Assembly (NCBI GenBank): GCA_937934775.1
Contig: CALGYL010000180.1
Span: 1-52,526, forward strand
Direction: 5' to 3'
From: an uncultured Clostridia bacterium
GTDB taxonomy: Bacteria > Bacillota > Clostridia > Christensenellales > Aristaeellaceae
DNA length: 52,526 nt
Of this stretch, positions 44,014 to 52,526 are shown piece after piece. How positions within the stretch are numbered: the first letter of the stretch is position 1; every line of letters starts with the position of its first letter. The notes below the pieces were generated by a model, which did not search any database, was not told the DNA's origin, and saw only the letters and a program-made list of their open reading frames with translations. Made by a program: the position numbers and the translations under genes.

Positions 44014-44871
44014 CTATCCCTTCACCGCGCCTGCGATCATACTCGTCATAATTTGCTCCTGAAGCAGAACATACAGTAAAACGCTTGGCGCCACGTACAT
44101 CACCAGCGCCGCGAACATAGCCGGGTAGTTGAATGAAAAACTGGACGTGAAGTATTTGAGCATCAGCGGGAGCGTCCGGTTCTGCTCTGTCGAGGTCAAG
44201 AGCAGCGCATACAGAAGCTCATTCCAGCAGTTGATGAACGTCAGCACCGCGCAGCTCATCAGCGCGGGCTGCGCCAGCGGCAGCATGATCTGCCAGAACG
44301 TGCGGAAAAACCCCGAGCCCTCGATGCAGGCGGCCTCCTCCATCTCTTTGGGGATGTCCTGGAAGAAGCTGCGCATCAAAAACAGGCAAAGCGCCATGCC
44401 AAACGCGGTGTATACTAGGATCAGCCCGCCCTTGGTGTCATACAAGCCCAGTTGGTTGATCACGCGGTAGATGGGCTGGATCATCGCTTCGGTCGGCACC
44501 AGAAGGGACGAGATCAGAAGCGCGAAGATCGCTTTTTTAAACCGGAACTCATACCGGGCCAGCACGTACCCCGCCATGGAATAGATAAGGAGGCACAGTG
44601 CCGTCGCGCTCAGGGACACAATCAGCGAGGTTGCGTACCGAAGGTGGATCTTCGACACTGCCACGGCCTGCTGGTATCCGTACCAGCTGGGCGTCTTGGG
44701 CCAGCTGAACGCGGAATTCAGGATTTCAATGTTTGTCTTGAACGAGGAGAGCAGCAGCCACACGAGCGGGAAGACGCAGATCAGGATCACAAAGCCCATG
44801 ATCAGGTAGGAGAAAACGTAGGTACCCACGCCGTAGCGCCGCATAACGGGTCTTTTTTCCGCGTGCGTCAT
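44014..44871 (-). CDS. carbohydrate ABC transporter permease (MalG-type)
   Basis: Polytopic ORF ending in …AGAVKG. ATG 44871 follows GGAGG with a 6-nt spacer (the track start 44889 overlaps the upstream gene). Confidence 0.9.
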   Translation of the reverse strand: MTHAEKRPVMRRYGVGTYVFSYLIMGFVILICVFPLVWLLLSSFKTNIEILNSAFSWPKTPSWYGYQQAVAVSKIHLRYATSLIVSLSATALCLLIYSMAGYVLARYEFRFKKAIFALLISSLLVPTEAMIQPIYRVINQLGLYDTKGGLILVYTAFGMALCLFLMRSFFQDIPKEMEEAACIEGSGFFRTFWQIMLPLAQPALMSCAVLTFINCWNELLYALLLTSTEQNRTLPLMLKYFTSSFSFNYPAMFAALVMYVAPSVLLYVLLQEQIMTSMIAGAVKG

Positions 44872-44881
44872 GGTCCGCCTC

Positions 44882-45754
44882 CTATTCATACGTGCTGGCG
44901 CCCATGCGGAACAGCCGGTTGCAGATCTGCATTACCGCGATGCCCATGACGATCAGGATCGAGCCGATGGCGTTGGCGTATCCGTAGCTCATGGTGTTGG
45001 TGATGGCGTTGACCATCATCACCGACAGCGTCATGGTGGCGTTGCCGGGGCCGCCGTTGGTGGTCAGGTAGACGATGTCGAACTTCCGGAAGACCGCCGT
45101 GATCGCGATGACCATGCCGGTGCCGATGATCTTCCTTAAAAGCGGCAGGCATATGTGCCAATCGATCTGCCAGGTGTTCGCACCGTCGATACGCGCCGAC
45201 TCATAGATCTCGTCCGGGATCGCCATCAATTCGGATAGCGTGATCAGTGTGATGACCGCCGCGTACAATAGCCAGATCATCGTCAGCGCACCGAAGGCGG
45301 TGGACTGGCTGAACAGCCAGTTCTGGTGCGCGTCGATGCCGATCAGGCGAAGCAGCGAATTCAAAATGCCTTCGTCCGGCTTGTAGACGAACACAAACAT
45401 CAGCGCCATCGCCGACGGCGCGATCACGTTGGGGATCATGAACACCGCGCGGGTCAGTCGCCAGCCCCGTAGCCTTTTGTTGAGGATCAGCGCGACCAGC
45501 ACGCCGAACGGCACATGGACGACCATCGCGCAGAGCGCCCAGGTCAGCGTATTCTTCAGCGCCTGCTGGAACGCGGGGTTTGAAAACAGCTTCCGGTAGT
45601 TGCCCAGCCCCAGAAACACCGGCTGGGTGAATCCGTCCCACTTGGTAAACCCGAGTACGAACACCGAGATCAGCGGGAACAGGTAGATGAGCGCGTAGAG
45701 CAGCAGCGCCGGCGCCAGAAACAACGCAATCCATTTCCCGTACTGCCTGGACAA
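44882..45754 (-). CDS. carbohydrate ABC transporter permease (MalF-type)
   Basis: Polytopic ORF. TTG 45754 follows AAGGGGGG with a 7-nt spacer. The track start 45847 would add a non-membrane Pro/Gly-rich extension. Confidence 0.85.
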   Translation of the reverse strand: MSRQYGKWIALFLAPALLLYALIYLFPLISVFVLGFTKWDGFTQPVFLGLGNYRKLFSNPAFQQALKNTLTWALCAMVVHVPFGVLVALILNKRLRGWRLTRAVFMIPNVIAPSAMALMFVFVYKPDEGILNSLLRLIGIDAHQNWLFSQSTAFGALTMIWLLYAAVITLITLSELMAIPDEIYESARIDGANTWQIDWHICLPLLRKIIGTGMVIAITAVFRKFDIVYLTTNGGPGNATMTLSVMMVNAITNTMSYGYANAIGSILIVMGIAVMQICNRLFRMGASTYE

Positions 45755-45867
45755 GGGCGCACCCCCCTTCTTATGATCCTGCGACAATATGCGCGCTTTC
45801 GTTTGCCCCCCGGGCGGATTGCGTCCGACCGGGGGGCAGGCATTCAACGGATCAGGTGTGCGCCGGA

Positions 45868-47169
45868 TCAGCCGGCCGCCTCAGCGGCGTAACGCTGCGC
45901 GCCTTCAGTGAGCTTGTCGACGAACTGCTGCGGGGTGATGATGTCCTGCGCGAGATTGGGCAGTTCCTGCTCAACGACCTCGGTCTGCACCACGGAATCC
46001 CACCGGGCCTGATAGCGCGGCACGGTCCGCTCGGTCTTCTGCACGGCGTCGGCGTACTCCTTCATGACGGGGGACAGCTTTTCAAACATCTCATCGGGCA
46101 GCTTGACCAGGTGCGACATGTCGCCGGTGACCATCGTGAACTGGTTGATCACTTCAGGCCGCGCCAGGAACTTGATGAACTCGATCGCGCCCTTTTGCTG
46201 CTCCTCGGAAACGTCCACGGCTACGCCGTAACCGTACTGCTCGCCAAGATCGGTGAGCATGGTGTTGCCGGGGAACGGCGCATAGCCGACTTTTTCCGCA
46301 AAGCCTTCGGGGGCGTACTGCGTGTCGTAGAGCGATTCGCTCATCCAGGGGCCGTTGGCAATCATTGCGGTCTTGCCCGCGCAGAAGTTGTTGGCAGCCA
46401 GCGAATAGGTGCCGCCGATGGCATCGCTGGTGGTGTAGTTGAACAGCTTGCGGATGAACTCCGCCATGTCCAGCATCGCGGGGTTGTTAAAGTCCGTGGG
46501 GAAGTTCTGGCTCAGAAATGCCGCGCCCTCTTCGCTGTGCTGGGAGGCGTAGGCGGTGGCCAGCAGCATCGTGCACCAGCCGGTCTCGGTGGTGTGCAGC
46601 GAGAGGGGGGCTACGCCGGTGGCCTTGATCTTCTCACATGCATCCCAGAACGCATCCCATGTCTCCGGGAACTTGTCGACGCCGGCCGCCTTGAACAGCT
46701 CCTTGTTGTAGTACACGCCGACATAGGATGTCGCCGTGGCCGGGGAGGAGTACATCTTGCCATCCCGCGTGTTGTAGGTAACGCTGGTCTCGAAGGCGGT
46801 CTTCTGCCATTCCGGGTCGGCGTCGAAGCTCGGCTTCAGGTCAATCAGCCGGTTATTGGTCATGAGGAGCTCCGCAAACGCCGGCTCCGCGCCCATATCG
46901 GTCACGATGGCGGGCAGGTTGTTGGCTGCGTTGAGCATTTTCAGCTTCGTGCGCACGTCGACCGCGACGCCTGGGATCTCCTCCATGGACAGCGTGTACT
47001 TGCCGTTGGTCCAAGCTTCGAACTGCGTTGCCAGATCCCGCCACAATTCGATGTTCGAGTCGTTGCCGCCCGCGCTTTTGAGCATCGTCACCTGAACCGG
47101 CTCCGCCAGCGCCGAGGTCTGAATCAGCGCCATTGCCAACACAAGAACCCACAACAACACCTTGCGCAC
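45868..47169 (-). CDS. sugar ABC transporter substrate-binding protein
   Basis: GTG 47169 follows GGGGAGGG and gives the signal peptide VRKVLLWVLVLAMALIQTSALA. Family-1 SBP character. Confidence 0.85.
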   Translation of the reverse strand: MRKVLLWVLVLAMALIQTSALAEPVQVTMLKSAGGNDSNIELWRDLATQFEAWTNGKYTLSMEEIPGVAVDVRTKLKMLNAANNLPAIVTDMGAEPAFAELLMTNNRLIDLKPSFDADPEWQKTAFETSVTYNTRDGKMYSSPATATSYVGVYYNKELFKAAGVDKFPETWDAFWDACEKIKATGVAPLSLHTTETGWCTMLLATAYASQHSEEGAAFLSQNFPTDFNNPAMLDMAEFIRKLFNYTTSDAIGGTYSLAANNFCAGKTAMIANGPWMSESLYDTQYAPEGFAEKVGYAPFPGNTMLTDLGEQYGYGVAVDVSEEQQKGAIEFIKFLARPEVINQFTMVTGDMSHLVKLPDEMFEKLSPVMKEYADAVQKTERTVPRYQARWDSVVQTEVVEQELPNLAQDIITPQQFVDKLTEGAQRYAAEAAG

Positions 47170-47307
47170 GTTGAAACCCTCCCCATGCCTATCCGTGCAG
47201 CTCGCGCGATCCTCCGCGCCGCCGCACGTCTGTAAATTCATTATAAAAGATGCGCGGCGGGTGTGTCATTTCAAAAAGGCGTGAACTTCTTTCAAAAACG
47301 AAACCGA

Positions 47308-49107
47308 TTATTCGGGCAGAACGCCCATTAGTGTGATCACGACGCTGACGCCGCCCAGTTCGGAGGGGAGAAACGCCATCCGGAACCTGTTTTCCCCGTA
47401 ATGGATGCGCAGCCGCCTGTACACGTTTTTCAAGCCGACGCCGCCGCCCCCGGCCGACGGTTCCGAGCGCATATCCCAAAGCCTCCGCTCCACATCCGAT
47501 ACCTGTTCCGGCGTCATGCCAACGCCGTTGTCCGCCACGCTCAGGCGCAGGTCGCGCCCCTCCGCGTGCGCGCTCACCCGGATCAGACCGCCCTCCTCGG
47601 TATAGTTCATCCCATGGTTGATGGCGTTTTCGACCAGCGGCTGGAGGAGGAACTTGAGGATCTGAACGTCCAGGATCGGCTCGTCCGACAGGATTTCGTA
47701 CTCGAACAGAGCGCCGGTTCGAAGCTGCATGATCTTCAGATAATTGCCCACATGCTGTAGCTCGCTCCGGAGCGGGATCTGCTCCCGCCCGCCGGAGAGC
47801 GTGATGCGCAGAAGGCTGGACAGCTCCGTGATCAACGTAGCGATGCGCGCGTCGCCCGAGCGGCGCGCCAGTGTGTTGATGCTGTCCAGTGTATTGTACA
47901 GAAAATGCGGGTTGATCTGGTAGATCAGCGCGTTGATTTCGGCGCGGTTCAGCTCCTGCTGATCGCGTCTGGTCTGTTCCAGCAATTTTTTCATGCCGTC
48001 GGTCATCACGTTGAAGGTACTCGCAAGCTCGCCGATCTCATCGGCGCGCCGGATGTTCAGCTTCTCGTCCAGTTCGCCCTTGCGCACGCGGCGCATGGCG
48101 CGGGCGATCTGCATGATGGGACGGGAATAGTAGAACGAGAACAGCAGCGCCAGTATCAGCGCGATTGCGGAGCTTATGAGCGCTACGGTGATGAGGAGCT
48201 GGTTCAGCTCGTTGCGCGTTTCACGGATCTCTTTCTCGGGCAGGCAGGAAATCAGCGTAAGTCCAGTGCCGCCCAGCGCCGCAAAAATATGCAGGCTGCG
48301 GCCCAGGCCCAGATCGCCATAAAAACTGTCTTCCGCCGCGCGGCTGTGCGCGATCAGATCCGACGCGCCAAGCGGCGAACCCGCTGCCTTCTCCCCCGCG
48401 CTGTCCAAAACCACGGTCCCGCTCCCGTCAAGGAGCAGATAGCGGGTTCCCTTACGCATCAGGGGATCGTCAACCAGTGCGGCCAATTGCCTTGGCATGG
48501 TCTGCACCACAAGGAAACCCGGCGACACGTTGAGATCCAGATGGCGCACGCGCCGCCCGGCGAACAGGGACTGTTGATCCCGGCTGATGCGAAAGGGGCT
48601 GAAAAGGTTGCTGTCCTCCAAGCCCCAGGACAGGCCCGCGTAGGATTCGTTCATTTTCTGGAAGATGGCGCTGCCGGGGAGTTGATTGATCAGCGTGGAT
48701 TCGTACCCGGTGGTGATGGACGAACTGAACAGTTCGTTCCGATTGCTTAGATAGGCGATGGAGATGCCTTCCGTGTAGGATTTTGAAGAGATGACGGCGT
48801 TGACGGAGCGTCTGCTCGCCTTGCCGACCAGAGAATCCTGAATGGCCTGGGCATATACGATGTCCATGACCACCTGATCGATGTGATCGAAGAATTGATT
48901 GAACCGCTGGACGACTTGCGCCATCGAGTAGCGCTGGCTGCGGAGCGTCTCCTGATAGTCGTGCACTTGAAAGGCGTTGTTCATCGCGATGAGAATCGCG
49001 CCGGTGGGGAGGATTAAAACCGCCAGGAACATCGCCGCCATCCGGAGGAAAATGCCGCCGCGCACGCCCGCGGCCAGGCCTTTGTACGTGCGCCGCAGGG
49101 CGATCAT
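47308..49107 (-). CDS. yesM: sensor histidine kinase, YesM/LytS-type (two TM helices, HAMP, His_kinase, HATPase)
   Basis: …QINPHFLYNTLDSINTLA… (His_kinase PF06580-type H box), followed by an ATPase domain …DNGVGM…GGGVGLKNV…. Confidence 0.85.
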   Translation of the reverse strand: MIALRRTYKGLAAGVRGGIFLRMAAMFLAVLILPTGAILIAMNNAFQVHDYQETLRSQRYSMAQVVQRFNQFFDHIDQVVMDIVYAQAIQDSLVGKASRRSVNAVISSKSYTEGISIAYLSNRNELFSSSITTGYESTLINQLPGSAIFQKMNESYAGLSWGLEDSNLFSPFRISRDQQSLFAGRRVRHLDLNVSPGFLVVQTMPRQLAALVDDPLMRKGTRYLLLDGSGTVVLDSAGEKAAGSPLGASDLIAHSRAAEDSFYGDLGLGRSLHIFAALGGTGLTLISCLPEKEIRETRNELNQLLITVALISSAIALILALLFSFYYSRPIMQIARAMRRVRKGELDEKLNIRRADEIGELASTFNVMTDGMKKLLEQTRRDQQELNRAEINALIYQINPHFLYNTLDSINTLARRSGDARIATLITELSSLLRITLSGGREQIPLRSELQHVGNYLKIMQLRTGALFEYEILSDEPILDVQILKFLLQPLVENAINHGMNYTEEGGLIRVSAHAEGRDLRLSVADNGVGMTPEQVSDVERRLWDMRSEPSAGGGGVGLKNVYRRLRIHYGENRFRMAFLPSELGGVSVVITLMGVLPE

Positions 49108-50672
49108 GGCGCGTCTCCCTTCAGGGAACGCCTGGACCGGTAATCCCCTGGCGTAACGCCCACCTGCTTTTTGAAAAGCACCTGGAAATAGGGCTGGTTG
49201 TCAAACCCGACGCGCTGGGCGACATCGCAGACGCGGACCTCGTTCATCGAAAGGAGCTGCCGCGCCATCTCGATGCGGCATTCATTGAGATAATTGGAAT
49301 AGGACTTGCCGGTCGCACGCTTGAACACGCGCCCGAGATACGGGGCGCTCATGTGCAGGTTCGCGGCCGTCATGCGCAGGTTGAGCGCAGGATCGCTCAG
49401 GTTGAGAAGCGTAAAGCCTTTTGCTTCCTCAACCAGGCCCATGAGGTATCCGCCCAAAAACCCGGTATCCGGGCAATTCAGGGTGTCGACCAGCGCCTCG
49501 AGCGCGCGCTTGAGTTCCTCCTCCCATTTTCCGGCGGGAAGCCCCAGGATCATTTCCAATCGATTCAGCCAGGATGGGAATTCGCTCAGTGGAATGCCGT
49601 CGATCTCGACCATGCGCTGCAAGGCGCGCTGAAACGCGCTGCGTATCGTCACGGATGCGTAGCCGGGATACTGGGCGAGATACGCGCTCAGCGCGTCCAC
49701 CCAGTCGGAAATCTGCTGAACGGTCCCATTGGGGATGAGCCGCATCATAACAAGCTCAAGGTCGTAGGGATAACTGAATCGCTCTCTCCTGAACACCGCG
49801 TCGTGGCGAGTGATCAGTCCGTAGATCCCGGCAATCGAGGCCATCTGCAACCGTTTCTCCGCGGAACGGAAGGACTGGTCCAGCGCGGTCAGCGCGGACA
49901 CCTCGTCGCCCAGCGCCGCCACCGCTCTGACGCTCAGCGTATCATCGATTCGCTTCAGGCATGCTTCAATGCACTCGACCGGCACGCCGCTTTCAGAAAC
50001 ATCCTGCACCGCGCAGACCCGTCCGTCGTCAAACAGCGCCAGGTAGACAAGGTTCGGCCCCAGCGCTTCGCTCAGCATTTTTTCGATCGGCACGCCCATC
50101 AGCGCGGTGTCGTCGCCGCTCACCAGGAGAGTCTGCCACCCTCCCGGGCGCGACAGATCACCCAGGTTCAGGTAGCACAGCTCTTCCTTCTGGGCCGCCC
50201 CCAGCAACAAACGCTTTCTAGTCAGCCGGGTCAATTCTTCGCTCTGTTCCGAAAGGTACTGCTCCGCCTGCTTCAATCGGCGGCGAATGGACCGGCGCTT
50301 GTCCAACCGCTCCTTCATCTGCGCCAGACAGCGCGCCATTTTTTCCGGCTCAATCGGCTTGAGAAGGTATTCGGAAACGCCAAGTTCCAGCGCGCGCTGC
50401 GCGTGATCGAACACGTCGTATGCCGACATGATCGCAATCTCCACGTCCTGATCGATGCGGCGGATTGCCCGGATGAAATCCAGACCATCCATAAACCGCA
50501 TGCGGATGTCCGTAATGATCGCATCCGGCTGATAATCCAGATACTGCTCGATTCCCTCGAACCCATGGTGCGCCGCGCAGACCACTTTAAATCCTCCGGC
50601 GGCCCAATCCACCGTGTGCAAAAGTCCGTCCAGCAGGATCGGTTCGTCGTCAAGCAGCATCAACGAGTACAA
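49104..50672 (-). CDS. yesN: response regulator with AraC-type HTH output (YesN-like)
   Basis: N-terminal receiver domain (LLDDEP…ITDIRM…) and C-terminal AraC HTH (…APYLGRVFKRATGKSYSNYLNECRIEMARQLL…). TTG start after GGTGA. It overlaps the kinase gene by 4 nt. Confidence 0.85.
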   Translation of the reverse strand: MYSLMLLDDEPILLDGLLHTVDWAAGGFKVVCAAHHGFEGIEQYLDYQPDAIITDIRMRFMDGLDFIRAIRRIDQDVEIAIMSAYDVFDHAQRALELGVSEYLLKPIEPEKMARCLAQMKERLDKRRSIRRRLKQAEQYLSEQSEELTRLTRKRLLLGAAQKEELCYLNLGDLSRPGGWQTLLVSGDDTALMGVPIEKMLSEALGPNLVYLALFDDGRVCAVQDVSESGVPVECIEACLKRIDDTLSVRAVAALGDEVSALTALDQSFRSAEKRLQMASIAGIYGLITRHDAVFRRERFSYPYDLELVMMRLIPNGTVQQISDWVDALSAYLAQYPGYASVTIRSAFQRALQRMVEIDGIPLSEFPSWLNRLEMILGLPAGKWEEELKRALEALVDTLNCPDTGFLGGYLMGLVEEAKGFTLLNLSDPALNLRMTAANLHMSAPYLGRVFKRATGKSYSNYLNECRIEMARQLLSMNEVRVCDVAQRVGFDNQPYFQVLFKKQVGVTPGDYRSRRSLKGDAP

Positions 50673-50750
50673 ACCAGATCACCTCTACCCGAGATTTGTT
50701 CGGCAAAAAGCAGTACTTCACCCACACCTTTGTGAATGCAATGTAAATTT

Positions 50751-50779
50751 ATTCTATATGCCGCATAGATTCCTGTCAA
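50751..50779 (-). promoter_or_regulatory. candidate sigma-A promoter of yesN-yesM
   Basis: On the minus strand: TTGACA, 17 nt, TAGAAT, about 80 nt upstream of the yesN start. Confidence 0.4.
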
Positions 50780-51034
50780 TAGCGAAGCTTACCATTCCGG
50801 CAGAAATGGGTCTTGACAGAAGATGCGGGCAGCTTCGCCTCTCGACAAAACTATCCGCATCTTTGAGAACCGATCCGCGCAAATATGGTTACGCTGGAGT
50901 TCTTCATCGTCATGGACTTTGAGATCTAGCCGTAGGAATGATACGAAAGCATTCTTCACGTTCCTGATGTTGAAAGCGGTCCCTATGACCTAAACTTTTG
51001 TGGGCGGAAAGGGCGTCTTGATTTCCCCTCCCGC

Positions 51035-52237
51035 TCACTCCGCCGATTTGAAGTTGTAGACGGGCTTCAGAATCATGACAATTTCAGCCGTGGGGCCGAT
51101 GTTTCGGACGATTTCATCCATGTCCTTGTAGGCCATCGGCGCCTCGTCCAGCGTAGCTTTGGAGACAGTGGTGGAGTAAACGCCCTGCATCGTCTCCTTG
51201 AACTGCTGGACGGAGAGCGTGCGGTTGGCCTCGGACCGGCTCAGAAGCCTTCCCGCGCCGTGGGGCGCGGACTGGTTCCAGTCATCGTTGCCTTTTCCCA
51301 CGCACAGGAGAGACCCGTCCCGCATGTTGATGGGAACGAGGAGCTTTTCTCCTTTTCGCGCGGACACCGCGCCCTTCCGGAGGATCATCGATTCGGTGTC
51401 GATGTAGTTGTGGATGGTGGTAAAGCTCTCCGCTTCCGTCAGCATCGCCTCCCGCAGGATCACCTCCACCATCGCCTTGCGGTTGAGGGCGGCGAAGCGC
51501 TGGGTCAAGCGCATGTCGTGGATATAGTCATCAAAAAGTTTGCCGGAGACATAGGCCAGGTCCCTGGGGACGGGGCAGTCGGCGGACTCCTTGAGGGAGC
51601 GGATGCGCGACTGAATCTCCTTGGATTTGCCCTCCCGCTTCAGTTCTGCGATGGCCTCTTTCAACTGCGCCTCAGACGCGCCGCACAGCGCCCGGAGGCC
51701 CTCCTCTTGATACCACTCTGCCACTTCGGTACCCAGATGGCGGCTGCCGGAATGCACAATAAGGTACAGATTGCCCTCCTCGTCCCGATCCACTTCAATG
51801 AAGTGGTTTCCACCGCCCAGCGTACCGATGGAGTGCCGGGCGCGGACCAACTGCGCCTTACCCGCGCAGCGAAGCTCTTCAAGGTTGATCTCAGTTCCGA
51901 ACGGGTGCTCTTCGCGCCGGATCTCCCGCCCGCAGGGGATGTACCGGTGGATGGCCCGGTCGAGGGCGGCGAAATCAATCTCTTGCTCTTTCAAGCGTAC
52001 CGTCTCCATGCCGCAGCCGATGTCCACGCCCACCATGTTGGGCACGACTTTATCCTTCAGCGTCATCGTGGTGCCGATGGTGCAACCCTTGCCCGCGTGC
52101 ACATCCGGCATGACGCGAATTTTGAGGCCGGAAAAGTGCGCCTGGTCGCACATCGCCCGAATCTGGGCCTCCGCCGTCTCCTCCAGCCGGTCGGTGTAGG
52201 CGACCGCGGTGTTGAAAGCCCCTTTGATCTCGATCAT
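51035..52237 (-). CDS. rtcB: RNA 3'-phosphate ligase RtcB
   Basis: 400-aa ORF with …MPDVHAGKGCTIG…, …VGVDIGCGM…, …GGGNHFIE…, …HSGSRHLG… and …APHGAGR…, the conserved RtcB metal and His-GMP motifs. Confidence 0.95.
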   Translation of the reverse strand: MIEIKGAFNTAVAYTDRLEETAEAQIRAMCDQAHFSGLKIRVMPDVHAGKGCTIGTTMTLKDKVVPNMVGVDIGCGMETVRLKEQEIDFAALDRAIHRYIPCGREIRREEHPFGTEINLEELRCAGKAQLVRARHSIGTLGGGNHFIEVDRDEEGNLYLIVHSGSRHLGTEVAEWYQEEGLRALCGASEAQLKEAIAELKREGKSKEIQSRIRSLKESADCPVPRDLAYVSGKLFDDYIHDMRLTQRFAALNRKAMVEVILREAMLTEAESFTTIHNYIDTESMILRKGAVSARKGEKLLVPINMRDGSLLCVGKGNDDWNQSAPHGAGRLLSRSEANRTLSVQQFKETMQGVYSTTVSKATLDEAPMAYKDMDEIVRNIGPTAEIVMILKPVYNFKSAE

Positions 52238-52297
52238 GCCAAATCTCCTTTCGAATCTACGATGTCCAGAAGCAGTCCGTTCAATTTATTACTACCT

Positions 52298-52526
52298 TCA
52301 CGCGCCCTTCAGCAGCTGCGCCAACTGCTTCAAAAGGTCGCCGCCCCCGCCCACGGTGATGGAGTCCACGTTGCCCATGATGCGCTCCAGGTACTCCATC
52401 TCCTTCAGCCGCATCAAGGTGCCGTTCTCCTCCATCAGCCGGGCGGTGTTCAGTAAGCTCCTCGTGGAGGCGACCTCCTCGCGCCGGGTGATGCCGCTCT
52501 GCTCGTCCCCCTGCGCCGAAAGCGAG
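52298..52526 (-). CDS. C-terminal part of an SPFH/band-7 (stomatin/prohibitin-like) domain protein; N-terminus beyond the window
   Basis: The reverse frame is open from the window edge to TGA (52298-52300). My translation …TRREEVASTRSLLNTARLMEENGTLMRLKEMEYLERIMGNVDSITV… resembles the C-terminal helix region of SPFH proteins. Confidence 0.55.
   Translation of the reverse strand, partial: SLSAQGDEQSGITRREEVASTRSLLNTARLMEENGTLMRLKEMEYLERIMGNVDSITVGGGGDLLKQLAQLLKGA

Noticed and set aside
1988-52456. Many long ORFs in the six-frame track lie antisense to, or out of frame with, the genes called above. Examples: 1988-3679(+), 8337-9617(-), 12502-14439(+), 14554-16350(+), 16278-17504(-), 33002-34114(-), 35515-36840(+), 45856-47235(+), 49353-50735(+), 51260-52456(+).
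   Set aside because: Their translations are Arg/Gly/Pro/His/Ala-rich and low in complexity, and they lack an RBS. Each fully overlaps an ORF with clear family motifs. They are the shadow ORFs expected in GC-rich DNA, where stop codons are rare.

Overview
GC-rich chromosomal segment with strong GGAGG-type ribosome-binding sites and a spore-germinant receptor operon. This points to a spore-forming Firmicutes/Clostridia-like organism; the taxonomy is inferred, not proven. I found no rRNA, tRNA, CRISPR array, transposase or prophage gene. Gene blocks from left to right: (1) eutC'-eutB-eutA on the minus strand, divergent from a PotABCD-type ABC importer. (2) An XRE-type HTH gene followed by two tandem paralogous membrane Ser/Thr kinases whose predicted extracellular domains are leucine-rich repeats. 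(3) A GH3 beta-glucosidase / sugar ABC operon with a divergent AraC regulator. (4) trkA/trkH potassium uptake genes. (5) An oadG/oadB-like Na+-decarboxylase membrane module. (6) A stand-alone C39-like cysteine peptidase. (7) A Cys/Met-metabolism PLP enzyme plus a CysK-like enzyme. (8) The most interesting locus: a nitrogenase-like NifH/NifD/NifK operon that also carries metN-metI-metQ, a NifX-like gene and a NifB-like radical-SAM gene. It is preceded by a 30-codon Met/Cys-rich leader ORF and an intrinsic terminator. (9) A gerB-gerC-gerA germinant receptor operon. (10) tex. (11) A second sugar ABC operon with a YesM/YesN-type two-component system and a URO-D-like gene. (12) rtcB and the 3' end of an SPFH-domain gene. 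Nearly every long intergenic region is filled with palindromic repeats. These include a MITE-like family of about 150-190 bp (4 copies) with terminal inverted repeats and 3-bp TNA target-site duplications; two copies sit exactly on stop codons. All functional calls come from by-eye recognition of translated motifs, with no database search. Most long overlapping ORFs in the six-frame track are GC-driven shadow ORFs.
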